From the NCBI RefSeq assembly GCF_964355755.1, contig NC_092670.1, positions 4,826,201 through 4,890,200 of the forward strand: a stretch of 64,000 nt of DNA. The letters run 5' to 3'. The notes beneath the pieces were generated by a model that did no database searches, was not told where the DNA came from, and saw nothing but the letters and a program-made list of their open reading frames with translations. The position numbers and the translations under genes were made by a program. Below, piece after piece: positions 50,855 to 64,000 of this stretch. This DNA is from Antedon mediterranea (Eukaryota; Animalia; Echinodermata). Positions within the stretch are counted from its first letter, which is position 1, and every line of letters begins with the position of its first letter.

Positions 50855-53800
50855 ATGTTGGCTGAACTTGTTCAAAACTTTGTTATAGTTCTCATGTTGA
50901 CTTGTCAGTCTCGATCATCAGGTATGTTTATTATATAAATAAGAAAGTATATATGTTGGATGGTGATAATTATCCATGGGTTCAATGATTGATTGAAAAT
51001 TTAGATTTAGAAAAAGTTCCTTTTGTTATAATTAGGTAGTTTCAGCTAACTATTCAGGTCCCAAGCACGGAGGGGAGATCATGTTGTATAAAGATGTCGC
51101 TATAATAATCACTTGCGAGGATTTATTCAATAACTGATGGTCAAATTAATATATATTATCTCGAGTTGGGCGTATATATATAAATATAATATAAATTTGC
51201 GTTCAGTGAAATGCGCGCAATTTACAAATTCGAGGAAAACAGAAATATTACTGAGATATTCAAACTTGGATACTTCGTCGACACCGGTTTCGTAAAAAGT
51301 CCAAACAGCTTAATTTGGTGTTTTTATTTTTCTTATAAATATAATACTGTAATGTAACAACGATTTTTAGAATGTGTATACCGTAAAACCTCGAACAGAA
51401 AGGTGAAGGTGCCTTCTTTTCAAGATTACTTGCAAACTAAAGATCTAAATCTTTTCGAAATGAGTACTGTAAATATCGTGAATTGCTACTACATAATAAG
51501 ATATTGAGACATTTCCTGCCAATTTTACATATTTGCCATTGGAACACAAGGAGAAGACAAAGCACGATCATGCATATTATCATCAGTCTAAATCACTAGT
51601 ATCTCACCCAACTACAGTAACTCTTAACTCTTAACTCTTAACCATGTATTTGTTTGATTCACATACATTTATCTCGAATAGAAGCCCATTCTATCGTGAG
51701 GGCTTGATCTCGAGTTGGGCGTATTTTTCTTTGGGCTTCTTTTCGAGGTTTTATGGTATATACTGTACTGTGTTCAGACCAATTAACACAGACGAGCGGT
51801 AACGGCAAGCGGTCACCGCGTAGCTTGTCCAACGTAGGATATGTCTCTCGTCTGCGGAAACTGCCCGTCTGTTCTGCGTTGTGTGTAAATGATCATATCA
51901 TAGATTCTATATTTTTATTACCGTTAACGCTCGTCTGTGTAAATTGTGCTTTTTCCTCAAACACATTTCGAGGGAAGATTTTTTTTAATATAATGACCAA
52001 CTCACTTACTATGCTATACTACTATTAACAAAAAACACTTTCGATTATTCATCAGATGTAATTCTCTATGCAGGAAATTTAGTAAATGCTCCATTGATAT
52101 TAGAATTTTATTGTTTAAGTCTTACTCTCTTAGTATGTATTGTGTAGCATTGTGTTGTGACTTTAATGTGAAGTCTATGAAGTCCTTTCGTGTTTGTTAC
52201 AACAATGCTTTTGGAATAATTTTAAGACGTGCTTGGAGTTGCAGTGCTAGTGCAATGTTTATGGAGAACCATGTTTATGAGTACAATGTTTCTTTAGTTA
52301 ACTAAGAGTGACGGTAATTGAAATTCACTTATCACTTGTGTTAATTCTCGAAAACTGTAGGAAATGGTACCAACTACTATATACATAATTATTATCACTT
52401 TTTTTAACAGAACTTTTCATACCTTATTTGTAATCGAATCTCTTTATGCAATTATTTATTTGTATGTTAAGTATTTGTATTGTTGATTTGAAAAATTGAA
52501 TTAAATTAACCTATCTACAGAAATTGACTATATATTTTTTTTCAAGATCCATTAGATATAATACTATATACTGCAACACCGTTGGTTGGCAATGATAGTA
52601 ACAGTTGGTTTCGAGGATACGCACTTCAAGATGATAAAGACATTAGACATTTATCAGTTGGAGTATTATACAAGAATATTGATGGGAAAGATAACGTAAC
52701 TTGGGATGATATAACTGGTGAGGTCAGAAATTATAACAGCTACATGGAAATGCCAGACGATAAAATATTTCACACGAGTAGCAGAATTGCATACCGCGTA
52801 CACGGGGATTTCGCATATCTAGGCGTTTTAACCTTACCAACCCAAACTGACAGAGTTGGTGTTTTTTCATTTGAAGCAAAAAAAGGTGGAATAGTTACAA
52901 ATTCAGCAATTGTATTAACATCTGCTTCTGGTGAGTAAGGCTTTTAAATTTGTTTGTTGTAATGATATTTATTCATTCATTCATCTTTTTATTTTGGAAT
53001 ACCATGGTGACATAATATATCCATAGCAAAAGAGAGAAAAAAATCTTAATCTAAGAACTCATAGAACAAAAACAAAAATAAATATATAAAGTCAATGCAA
53101 CAAGGCATTCCATTGTATGTGCATTATTGACACATTAAGAACGTGCCGATTAATGGCCATGATCAAAGCATTACTACTTGCGTTCACACGATTTTTAAAA
53201 CTAAAAAAAGATTTTCTAATGAACTCATCAAAGGATGGAACATCATTTCAGACAAACATCATGCTTGCGCTACAATTTCTAGGCTGCTTCAGCAGCAAAC
53301 GTAAGGCATTAATATAGTATATATACATAGTTCAATTAGGCTTTGTAAGCCAGCCACTGACGAAGCCAAACCAAGTCATCGGCAAAGCTTAGGCAATTCA
53401 GTTTAAGACTGTTAATTTCACAGTACAACCTTCTTTTGACTTAGTCAGTTCAACAGTTAACGGATCAGTGTACACATTGTAAAGTAAAGGGGACATAACG
53501 CCTCCCTGGCGAACCCCATTACAAACTGTGAAAGAATATTATATATATATCAACAAATTATTGTTGTACCTAATATTAATATCAATAGTAATTAGTAATT
53601 TTTCAATAAAATCATTTTTGACAGCCATTATTGAATTTGAGTATAGAACGATAACAGTCAGCATTGGAGAGTCAGTCAGAATCAACATCAGGAATGGGAG
53701 TTTTATTGACAACATACGTTGGAGACATAATTATGAGGAACTATACAATCTGAGGAATGCATCTTCTGTTGTGATTGAAAACATTCACATAAAGGATGAC

Positions 53801-56800
53801 GGCGTGTTTGAATGTTATATAGGTGATAACCCTGACGGTAATCATGGTATAATGAGGCTTATTGTCAGAGGTAAATTATTGTAAATCAATAAATCTGTAT
53901 TATATATTGTATTATTAGTATGACTTATATTATTTAAACAAACTATGAATGCAATGTGCAAGTGAGTGCCGCGAGCCTGCAAATGTTCATGAAGATAGAA
54001 TGTAATCCACCGAACAATATTCTGGCTGAGAGTGATGTACCAGTGTTCTAGTGTAGTTTGAGGTTTTTTTTCTTTTTTTTTCTCATTAGAAGAGAGATAG
54101 TTCGTCAATTTAGCTAATTCATTTATTTTGTGTTTAAAAGACTACGTCAATAGACTGCTACTAAAGCATCATAGGCTATATTTTGTTCACATTACCAAAT
54201 AGCTCTTAATTAAACCGAACATTGAATCACATGTATTTACATATCTATATTATTTTTTTTCAATTAGCTTGTCCTTCACCAAAATGGAGTTTACCAGATT
54301 GCGAAATGGACTGTCCCGTTTGTTATAATAATGGAGTGTGTGATGACAAAACGGGTGTCTGTATTTGTCCAGCAGGATTTGATGGCGATGCTTGCAAACA
54401 CGGTGATCAATAACTTTATACCGCGTTCATGTCTTGTGTATGTAGCTCTCGATTCGTTAATTGGCTCGCGAGCGGTTCATGACGAGAACAGCCGCTCAAA
54501 GTGTGGATTCTATCGAGAGCGATTAATTTATTAGCTTAAAATTATATGACGGTAAAATTATCAAAAATTAAATTCCAGTTTAACTTACTTTGATTTACTT
54601 TATTTGCAATAGATTGCGGTAATAACAACTGGGGCCGTGACTGCCTTAATGTGTGTAGCAGTAAACCTGGTTCAACGTGCAGAGGAGCTCTTGTATGTCC
54701 ACCTGACCCAGTTGGCTGTACATGTGTCAATGGTTTTGAAGGAAACGATTGTGATACAGGTTTTTATTACATCCGATTTTCAGTAGGCCTACTGTGTTTT
54801 ATTTTTTTCTGATTTGTAAGAAAGTTTCTAAATACAGCTCAATATGTTCGTCACTTGTTTCAACTGTATCAAATAAATTATTTGTAATCATCATCATACT
54901 CATCATTAGTCTCATCATTTCATATAACTATATATTTTTAGAGTGCACTTCTGGATACTTTGGAGCAGACTGTAGCCAAAAATGCCACTGTAATGATAGC
55001 TATTGTGATATACACATAGGATGTACCTCAACCGAGTCAATGTGTTCGTCTGGGTATACTGGTGACACATGTCAAGGTAGCGTATGTTACAATGTGTAGA
55101 AAACCCCAGCTAATGCAACAATCGTAGTAAAGAAATCCATAGTTAATGTATATATGTTGTAGTGAAACGTCCAGCAAACATAATGTTGTACCAATTATTT
55201 AAAAACAAAACATTATTTGCTGCTTTGTTCTTATTAGTGCCCATGGACTGTCCATCCGGATTGTTTGGTCTCCTGTGTAATTTCCAATGCCACTGCAAAG
55301 ATTATGCAGGTTGTAATCGAGATGGGAGTTGTCCTAATGGATGTGACGAGGCCTGGTTTGGATCGGATTGCAGCATAGGTAACACCACAAACTGAAATCT
55401 ATATTGTCATAGAATTGTACGTGAAAAAGACACTCTATAATAATAAAAATAAATGGATAATAATGAATGAAACCGTCCATGATTTAACTGCTTCACCAAT
55501 TATATAAAACATTACAGAACAAATTAGTAGCGAAATACTAATATAGTACGGTACCGACTTTAAAAAAAAACAAATAATTTATTAGTAATAATTTCTTATA
55601 AATTGTAGTTATAATAGTAGGCCTAATTATGAATAGTTAAATCCCATCGTATGTTATCTCATCGTGGTTTTCGTAAATCCAAAAAATATCTTACTCTTAG
55701 TAAACTACTGTTAGTTGTACCAGTGCTTTTCTTTAGTTTCTCAGCGTGGTATGTATTCATAAGATTTCAGAATCAAATTGTTAAAATCTCCTGAAACTAC
55801 AGTATGAAAGATGAATTCATAAAACTAAAAATGTATATAAAATAGGTAAAACAGTAATTATTTAAATTCCATCCTTTCAAATAAAACAAAGACAAATAAA
55901 CACTCTTTATATTATTTGCATAGAAACAATCAAATATGATTTAGGTTTTGATAATAGAAGACCAAGAGGCTAAAGCTTCACATATACAGTATTTCATTCA
56001 GATGAATGTGGAAATAATAGGCCTACTTTGTTTTGGTTGATAAAGTTTGCGGTAAACCACGTGTGTTCTTAATAAGAACGATCGACGTATTGATCGGAAC
56101 GTCGAGAAACTCTCAAGATTTCTTTTCAGAACTACATACGTGGTGTACCGAAAACTTTATATAAACATATTGATTTCACCATGCAAACCTCCAAACAAAA
56201 TACTTTATATTTTGTAATTAGCATTACCATACCGTTTTGAACCGCCAACTGTAGTAAACCAAACAGCAACTACCATAACGTTTGACGTCACTTGGGTTTT
56301 TGGTGAAGATTATGGAACAGGAACAATTACAAAAAGAAAGCTTTGGTATAAATCGTCACAGATGGATTCCTTTCTATCAATAAATGAACCTGATAATGGT
56401 TCATCTATTGTTATTGATAATCTCATCCCAAATGAGCAGGTTAAATTCTACTGTCAGTTTTCAAGGATGGTTGGTGGTATTGAAGTAGATGGCCCAGAAA
56501 GTGCAGTTGGATCAACTAACACCATATGTACAAGTAAGCTCAAACTATACAACTTATGCTTCATTTATGATTACAAACCAGATGAACATTTATAATCATA
56601 CAAAACTTCTATTTTTTAATACCGTAATTAGTAATAATACAAGATACAAGAAAACCAAATGTGACAGTTGAAATTCTTCTTGCTTGCTGCAAGAACTCAC
56701 CACACTACAACATAAATAAATTCTAAACTGAAACATTATCTTAAAAATCTACAGTTGAACTCATGGATTGCATTTACTAGGAAGGAGTATCTGTGCCGAT

Positions 56801-59800
56801 TAGTATGCCCCTTAAGAGGCCTAATCCTACCTGACTTTTTTTTTTTTTTTAATTATTCAATTTTTAGGCAAATTGCCAAGGATAACCACAAGTGAACTCA
56901 ATCACTGTCCTTCTCTCAAAAGTGGCTCTCCTGTCAAACATATACACAAGATGCTCTACATAAACAAAGACTTCCTACAAGTCTTTGGGAGTGGAGTTGC
57001 AAATTGTCATGAGAAAAAATCCTGATATATGACAGGACTTGAACCCAGGACTCTTAGATTGGTAGCCAAGCATCATAACTACCAAGCTACAACTCCACTC
57101 CACAATATACTGATTTAGAGGGTGTTTTGTATTATGCATGATCTTAATAAAATGCTTATATAACTGGTAGCCAAACAATAAAGATATATCAAAATATAGA
57201 TTGCAATTACATTTTATAACACGAACTGGGTTTTTACGTACAGCATTGTTTGCTTATTCCAATTGATTCAAGATTCAGATCAGACAAAGATTCCAGAAAT
57301 TATGAATTCTGGTTTTTATAAAGTGCATACCGTATTTATTCGAATAAACGTTTCTTCGAGGGGAGGCCTTTATTCCACTAATTATTCTGTTAAATTACAT
57401 GTAGAACCATTGGACGAACCTGTGATAGAATTAAAAACTGTTGAAGATAATCAAATCATCTTGAGTTTAAAGGTATTGAAAAAGAATTATTTCTAGCTAA
57501 CATTTTATTTCTTGTTGCAATACAGATTATGTATTATGTTTATTGTAACTTATATTCTATTGATATTGGGTATTATAAATTGTATTGGGTTTGTTGGGTA
57601 TTGTTTTTTTACCACAATTTGTCCAGAAAAACTATTAAGTTTTATTTCCAACGTGCTAAGGTAGAAATATAACTTACATCAAACTATGTTCTACATCTGG
57701 CTACTGTATCTTTTCTGACACTAATTAGCAATACTGATATAATACGCGTTCCTTTTATTTATTACATTCTAATTTATTTGAATTTTCAATCTTAAAATAT
57801 TCAGCCAGTTTCAAGAGATTATGACCGAATCCAATGTAACTCTATCCTTCGCTATCAAGTTCAATACTGGAACATTTATACGAATGTAAAATATGTAATC
57901 AATTATACAACCATCAGTTCTAAATTAGAAGTTAAATTATCAAAACTATCAAGTTGTTCTGGCTATATCGTAAACGCTCGAGTTGTTAATGACATGGATA
58001 TTGCTGGAAGATGGGGACAAGACACAACAGTACAAACAACGCCAACAGGTTTGAATTGATAATTATTTTATATATATTATTTAAAATACAAATAAATGAT
58101 ATTAGTGCGCTGGTTGCAATATGACATATTATTGTATAGATAAAAATGAATAGAATAGTTTATAATACGTTACTACGAAAGAAGTTCTTGCAATTAAACA
58201 CCATAACGAGTATTATATTTAACGTTTGATATTTCAATGTTTAAATAACAGAGCCAACAATACAGGGTAATCCATTTGCAAACGGCACACTCATGTTGAT
58301 TAAGTGGAATGCTTCAACGTGCGACATTTCAAACTATCACGTGATCTACCATTATGAATTGTCAGGCGGAATATTTATGAAAGGAACTACATCGGAAAAA
58401 GAAGTTGTGTTTGAAATTCAGTTCTGTAAAAACTACACATTTTCAGTATTAGCATCATATGTAAACGTTTACGGAAAATCTGACACAAGAACAATCATAT
58501 CTAGAACCGATTGTGATCCAGATTCGATTGGGCCTATGTCAGGTTTATAAACATCAAATTATTTTCTTATTGCTTATGATTTGTATAATAGCTATCGAAA
58601 CCTATTTGTAAATTTTATCAAATAAGTGCACAATAACCACTAATTTACTGCAAGGGAAGTATTTCCTGAAACATTTTTTTTAGTTAGTTACTGCATGTGC
58701 GTACAGTTTTTAAGTTTATGTCGTTAAAGAATTTCAACATCAAGATAAAAGCATAAAGAACTTGTTTTATTCACAGCTTACGGAATTTTAATTGGTTCAT
58801 TACTGGCGGCGGTTTTTACAGTTACAGTCATGTTGACAATCATTAAGCGGTAAAGTATCACGCTAGACCGTTACTGGGGTTGAACATAGAATAATTGATA
58901 AAATAGATAGGCCTAAATATATTGTCAGACTTACACAGATGAAATTACCCATTTTTTCCAATTTTTCATAAAACTTGCCCTATAAAATAACATGACATTG
59001 TTTTCGTAGATTTATACTTAGAAGAACAAAAAAAGACGTTGATAAATCTTCATCTAGGCCTACTACTCAACAAAATGTGTGTACGATAGATACAAATTAC
59101 CAAGGTTTGTGTAAAAAATATGAATATGAAAGTGGTAAGTCTGATGTTGGGACTTCTTCTGCTGAACCCATACACACAAACACTGAAGTACCAGAACATT
59201 TTTCTGATTTTACGAATATGAAAACTCGAAGAGAAAATGAAACTAGTGTGGCTACTGTCAATGATTCTGATGAACCCGTATATGCTGACCCTGAACAAGA
59301 GAGGGAACCGGAACCTGTTTATGACAAAAGTGAATATGCAAGAAACAACTCTACAGTTGCTACTTATTCTGATGAACCCGTATACACAGATCCTGAACAA
59401 GAGAGGGAACCGGAACATGTTTATGACAAAAGTGAATATGAAAAAAACAATTCTACAGTTGCTACTTATTCTGATGAACCCGTATACACAGATCCTGAAC
59501 AAGAGATGAAACCGGAACCACAGTTTGTTTACAACGAAAATGAATACAACAACATCAAGTCTACTAGAAGTGTAATATCTTCTGTTAAACACGTACACCC
59601 AGACCCTGAGCCTCTACCAGAGCGTATTTCTGGTAACACAGAATCCGAAAGTCAAGAATACAAACCTATTGAGTTATCCAAATTACGTGACTATGTAATG
59701 AAGCATCTATTGAAGAAAGAATTCGAGGTACTCTACACTCCTAAATTGATTATTCTTTTATCTTGTGTTGTATAAACCCACCATCTTGCGTATGTATTTT

Positions 59801-62630
59801 CCCTGAAACATATAAAATGTTTGAATAGGCCATTTTTAATTCAAGTTTAAAAAATTAAAAAAAATAGTTACGTAGCCCCCCCCCCCCCCCTACACTAACA
59901 AAATCAGCAGATCTTGTTGGTACAATAAAACAATCCGAATAAAGTCAATGTTTCTACATTTTCAGGCATTAAACAGTTTGTTTCCAGATGATGCAAGACG
60001 AGCAGATTTCAGTTTCAAGAAAACTTTTCATGATGTTTTGTTCCGTAAGTTCTAAAGAAATGTTTTAACAAATATAATTAAAAATTAATAAATTACAACA
60101 TCAGATAAAAGTGTGATACGGAGGACAATTGTTTATTGCTAATTTTATTTTGAAGGTGAGAACAAAAATGTACTTAAGTGTCTCACCGCTCTCCCTTGAC
60201 TTCTAAGCCGCCTCTGTTTTTGTTTTCTCTTTAATAACAAAAAACAAAGTTCCTACACAATTGATTATCTCAACCATACAGGATCACTTTTATTTAGAGG
60301 GTTTTCTGTAAGTTGAAAACGTAATTCATTTATTCATCCATCAAGAGTCGGTGTCAGTTTAATTTCAAAATGGCGGGATAGATCCAGAGAAGAGTAATTT
60401 CACTTTTCCCTGATAGATCAATGTCGATGACTGAATAAGTTTTTGAGAGAGGGTTACATTTAAGTGTATATTTGGTTAATCAGTATTTATTCCTAACCAG
60501 ATGTTTAAATGGAAACATCTTTTTCCTCAACATTAAGAATTGCACGTTATTTAGGTAATTAGGGTACAAGTGTATACTCATGTTATGCTTACAATGCAGC
60601 AATAGTTACCTAGATAATTTTTATTGTTGATTAGTAATATTGTTGATTAGTAATTGTGATTTTTTTTAACAATTGTAATATTTTTTTTATTCATCACAGT
60701 AACTAAAGGATGCTCCCAATTAAGTCCAGACGTCGACAGTGGCGTTGATTACGTAAATGATTCGTTTATTGAGGTATAATACCTAACCATCAAATCTTCA
60801 AAACATAATTAACATTTTCCCAAATCTTCTAAGAGTGAGAAGTATTGAATCACATTGTTTGTGTTTGTAAATAATTATATAAATACTAATAAGTTCATCA
60901 AAATACAGCAATTTTTACATCATAATGATAAAGTGGTTATTAAACACAAGGCAAGTATTAGAAGCACAACACTAAAACACTGTTGATATTATAACACTAT
61001 TGTATAAAATATAAATTTTTTTTCTGACGGATTGCGTTAATTATAGACCAGCCATTTGCCTACCATATTATATATTATATTAAGTAACATTTCACTATTC
61101 TTCTCTTGCATTATTTCTTAGCGTTACAGGGATCGCCATACTTTTATCGTTACTCGGAACCCCTCGTTGAATACTACTATAGATTTTTGGCGTTTGGTAT
61201 TTGATTATAAGTCTGACGTCATTGTGCAACTAAATGAAGTAGAAGATCTCAATTGTGCAGTGTACCTTCCAAAAAAGAAAAATGAAAGACTGAAATGTTA
61301 TGAATATACGGTTACTTTGGAGGCAACTGTGCTCAACCAATTTGGAATTGAGAGAAGATTTATTCTAGAAAAGGTTATTCATGTGTTCATAATTTGTTTA
61401 GTAAGGAGGATCCAAAGTTTTAAATAAACGCCAAATTTGCATATTTTGGCAAATCTGGCATGATGTTCATTTGTACTTACATATAAAATGCAGTATATCA
61501 CATACTGTATACATAGATGTCATTTTTATTGTATGTTATAATGTAGTTTACAATAATTTCTTTCATATCATCTTACTTAATTCAGAATATGACAAATAAA
61601 ATACTTTAAAAAATATATTGATGATGATAACAATAATAAATATATACATAAAAAACATTCATAAAAAAGATAGTGCAATATCCATAAAATAACTGACCAA
61701 CCAGAAGAGCGTTTTTGAAATTATTAGTATAAGAAATCTTTGCCTGAGAGATTATTCAAAGCTAGCGGGAATTATCATTCTTGTACTGTATTAATAATTT
61801 TTTATAGATTACAACCTCAAATGTAACATTCTAGACCAATAACACAAAAATTTGACCAATGACTCAAATATTATTTGTATCGCAAATTTATCAAATAAGC
61901 AATACCCATATATAATAATACTATTTGTAGTCTAAATAAGTTTGTTTTGTGTTTCTTGAAGGATAACACTGTACGCCAAATGATTCAATATGAGGTTAAA
62001 CAATGGTCAAAAAACGAACCAGTTCCAAAGGTTAATGCATTTGTTAAATTCGTTATGAAAATAATGGATGGATATGGCAAGTCTTCTAATAATACACCGA
62101 TTACTGTTCATTGCATGTGAGTAGAGATTTAAGTATTGATTATTATAGTCTACTGATTAGAATATATATAAATTACGTCATTTAAAACAATTTCAAACAC
62201 AAAAATAGGCCTACTTGAAATTCGACGGTTAAATTTAGTTTAAAAAAACATAACCAGCCTAATTCTGTCTTTAGAGACGGTGTTTGCAGATCTGGTTTAT
62301 TCTGTTTAGTGTATTCAATGATTGAGAAAATGAGAGAAGAAAAGATAGTAGATGTTTTCCAGACACTGAAAGCACTGCGTTCAGCAAGCACCAATATGGT
62401 GGACTCACAGGTAATACTTTGTTTATCATCAAAAACATGAAGATGAAGATGAAATACAATATTTAGCTGCATAAGCACATAAATAATTAGGCATACGTCA
62501 TTATTTTACTTACCCTATTCATTTAACTGTGTTTTATTTACTGATTTAGATCCAGTACAACTTTTGTTATGAAGCTGCCCTGTGTTATCTTAGATGGTGC
62601 GAGGATAACAACGTAATGCCGAATAATTAA
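50855..62630 (+). CDS. Receptor-type PTP-like protein with Tie-like ectodomain and a single D2-type domain, 19 exons, ~1245 aa
   Basis: Exons 50855-50921, 52547-52930, 53625-53870, 54268-54402, 54613-54759, 54942-55076, 55238-55378, 56222-56533, 57405-57472, 57805-58048, 58252-58542, 58777-58849, 59010-59727, 59966-60044, 60700-60773, 61122-61373, 61962-62116, 62275-62410, 62550-62630. All GT-AG and phase-consistent (3738 nt). Signal peptide, Ig-like, Ig, 4 EGF exons, 3 FN3, TM, PTP motifs DFWRLV, VHCIDGVCRSG, QYNFCY. Confidence 0.85.
51381..51756. mobile_element. Tc1/mariner (pogo-like) MITE in intron 1, TA TSD
   Basis: TA-CCGTAAAACCTCGAA ... TTCGAGGTTTTATGG-TA. Confidence 0.7.
51779..51946. 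mobile_element. Small MITE
   Basis: IR AATTAACACAGACGAGCGGTAACGG / CCGTTAACGCTCGTCTGTGTAAATT. Confidence 0.6.
53405..53525 (-). mobile_element. LINE RT fragment in an intron
   Basis: Translates NGVRQGGVMSPLLYNVYTDPL. Confidence 0.65.
56836..57098 (-). mobile_element. tRNA-derived SINE (same head as 35155 copy)
   Basis: Reverse-complement match to 35155-35315; poly(A) end. Confidence 0.8.
59240..59550 (+). repeat. Coding 102-bp (34-aa) tandem repeat, ~3 copies
   Basis: TCTGATGAACCCGTATA at 59266, 59368 and 59470. Confidence 0.93.
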
Positions 62631-63649
62631 CCTCGGTAGTTATGTTTAGGCATCTGATACCTGAGCTGTTTTAGGTTAAATACAATTGGTAAATAAAACT
62701 GGTTGTTACCAAATTAAAAAAGTATCTTTTTGTTTATTCCAAAACTATTAAATATAAATAGGGCACATAAAAAACACCATAATATAATAATTCAATTTTT
62801 AAATTATTATTAAATTATTAAATAGGCCAGAATTTAATTTTCAGGCCTACCTGAAGTTAGTTTGACTTTTTTGAACTTCCAGTTTAACAGAATTATTCAT
62901 ACGCATACAATGGCCAAATTAAATGGTTGAATGGTCAAATCTTTTATGGGAATTTTAGCCATGAAACTAAACTATTACTCTAAACCGCAGTAACTTTAGG
63001 TAACTACTCACATTCCAACTCTCAGATAGTAGGACAAAAATAATGTATTTCAGTAGTGTCTCATTATGAGTGTTTTTTTATTTGATAAGTTTTAATTTGA
63101 GTCAAGAACTTGTGGATTGTAATCATTGGAAAGTTTGATGTGTTAATTTTATAAGTTTAATTTGTTCATTTATGAATTTAGTTTGTAAATTTTAATATGT
63201 TCCTTTAAGATTGATTTGTTAATTTCATCAGCTGTTTTAAATTTATTCTTCTAGGGTTGAGTTCTACTTTTATAAGTGTCGTTTTCGATTGCTATGTATA
63301 TAATATAGGACGGCTAATTGGCCATAAAAGCTGTAATAGTAGCTTATAAAAAGGTTGGTTGTTCGTTTGATAGTGTTAGCAGGTGTGGATTATATTACAA
63401 ATTTAAACAAAAGCGTAAGACAATTTATCTGATTTAAGGTAGCTTTGGGTACTGTTTATTTTGTGTAGAAACAAATTTTTTTGGTATACAGTAGTTATAG
63501 TCTGATTTAAACAATTATGTAGACCTATCGCCAATAAAAATACTAAATGGTAATTATAGTCCTTTTTTACATTTAACTAAATCGAGGGCACTAAACATAA
63601 AATTTAAAACATCAAAAATATTGGTGTTGAAAGCAAAAAAAAAAAGAAG

Positions 63650-63890
63650 ATGTTATGGTGTACTCTCCCTGCCTCAGCACTAAGGCCCTGTCACAGCTTT
63701 GGGGTCGTTTCCACCACATCAGACGCATTGATGTTGTCGCCTCATGATGTGTTGCAATGGAGGACGTATAATTATGTGAACCCTAAACACAATAGCTCGC
63801 ATAGATTTAACTCTATTCCACCAGCGTGGGAATCGAACCCACGACAATCGTGTATTAACACGACGCTCAGTTGCCTGAGGTAGCCGGTCA
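63650..63890 (-). mobile_element. tRNA-derived SINE
   Basis: B-box GGGTTCGATTCCC on the minus strand at ~63828-63840. Confidence 0.6.
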
Positions 63891-64000
63891 TCTTGATTTT
63901 ACCAAGGTTAATATGTATACATTAATGACGTAATGATGAATTACGTAGTACACGTATAAATATACTATTTTCAGCTGTTCAATCATGTACTTTGTGGCGT

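Noticed and set aside
53356-53395. Hammerhead-like CTGACGAAGCC..GGCAAAGCTT
   Set aside because: The GAAA core lacks its G; at most a dead PLE relic.
59050-59598. Antisense hydrophobic 182-aa ORF
   Set aside because: Shadow of the coding tandem repeat on the + strand.

Overview
Eukaryotic, AT-rich, intron-containing DNA. The gene and repeat content suggests a marine invertebrate deuterostome (echinoderm/hemichordate-like); this is inference. There are three host genes, all plausibly immune or signalling. (1) A single-coding-exon 1542-aa very large inducible GTPase (GVIN/URGCP family, minus strand). (2) A short two-exon Toll-like receptor. (3) A 19-exon receptor I reconstructed by hand (~1245 aa) with a Tie-like Ig/EGF/FN3 ectodomain, a tandem tyrosine-motif cytoplasmic array and only one, D2-type, probably inactive PTP domain. 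The rest is dense with mobile DNA: a CR1-clade LINE; a full-length Ngaro-type tyrosine-recombinase retrotransposon with an extra A-B split-repeat module and a nine-hairpin covarying RNA array; two CAGT-ended DNA transposons with 4-bp TSDs; Harbinger-type MITEs, including a 1.86-kb palindromic dimer; a Penelope-like fragment with hammerhead ribozymes; tRNA-SINEs that share or swap tails; and a P-element-like footprint. All calls come from reading the sequence; no database searches were run.
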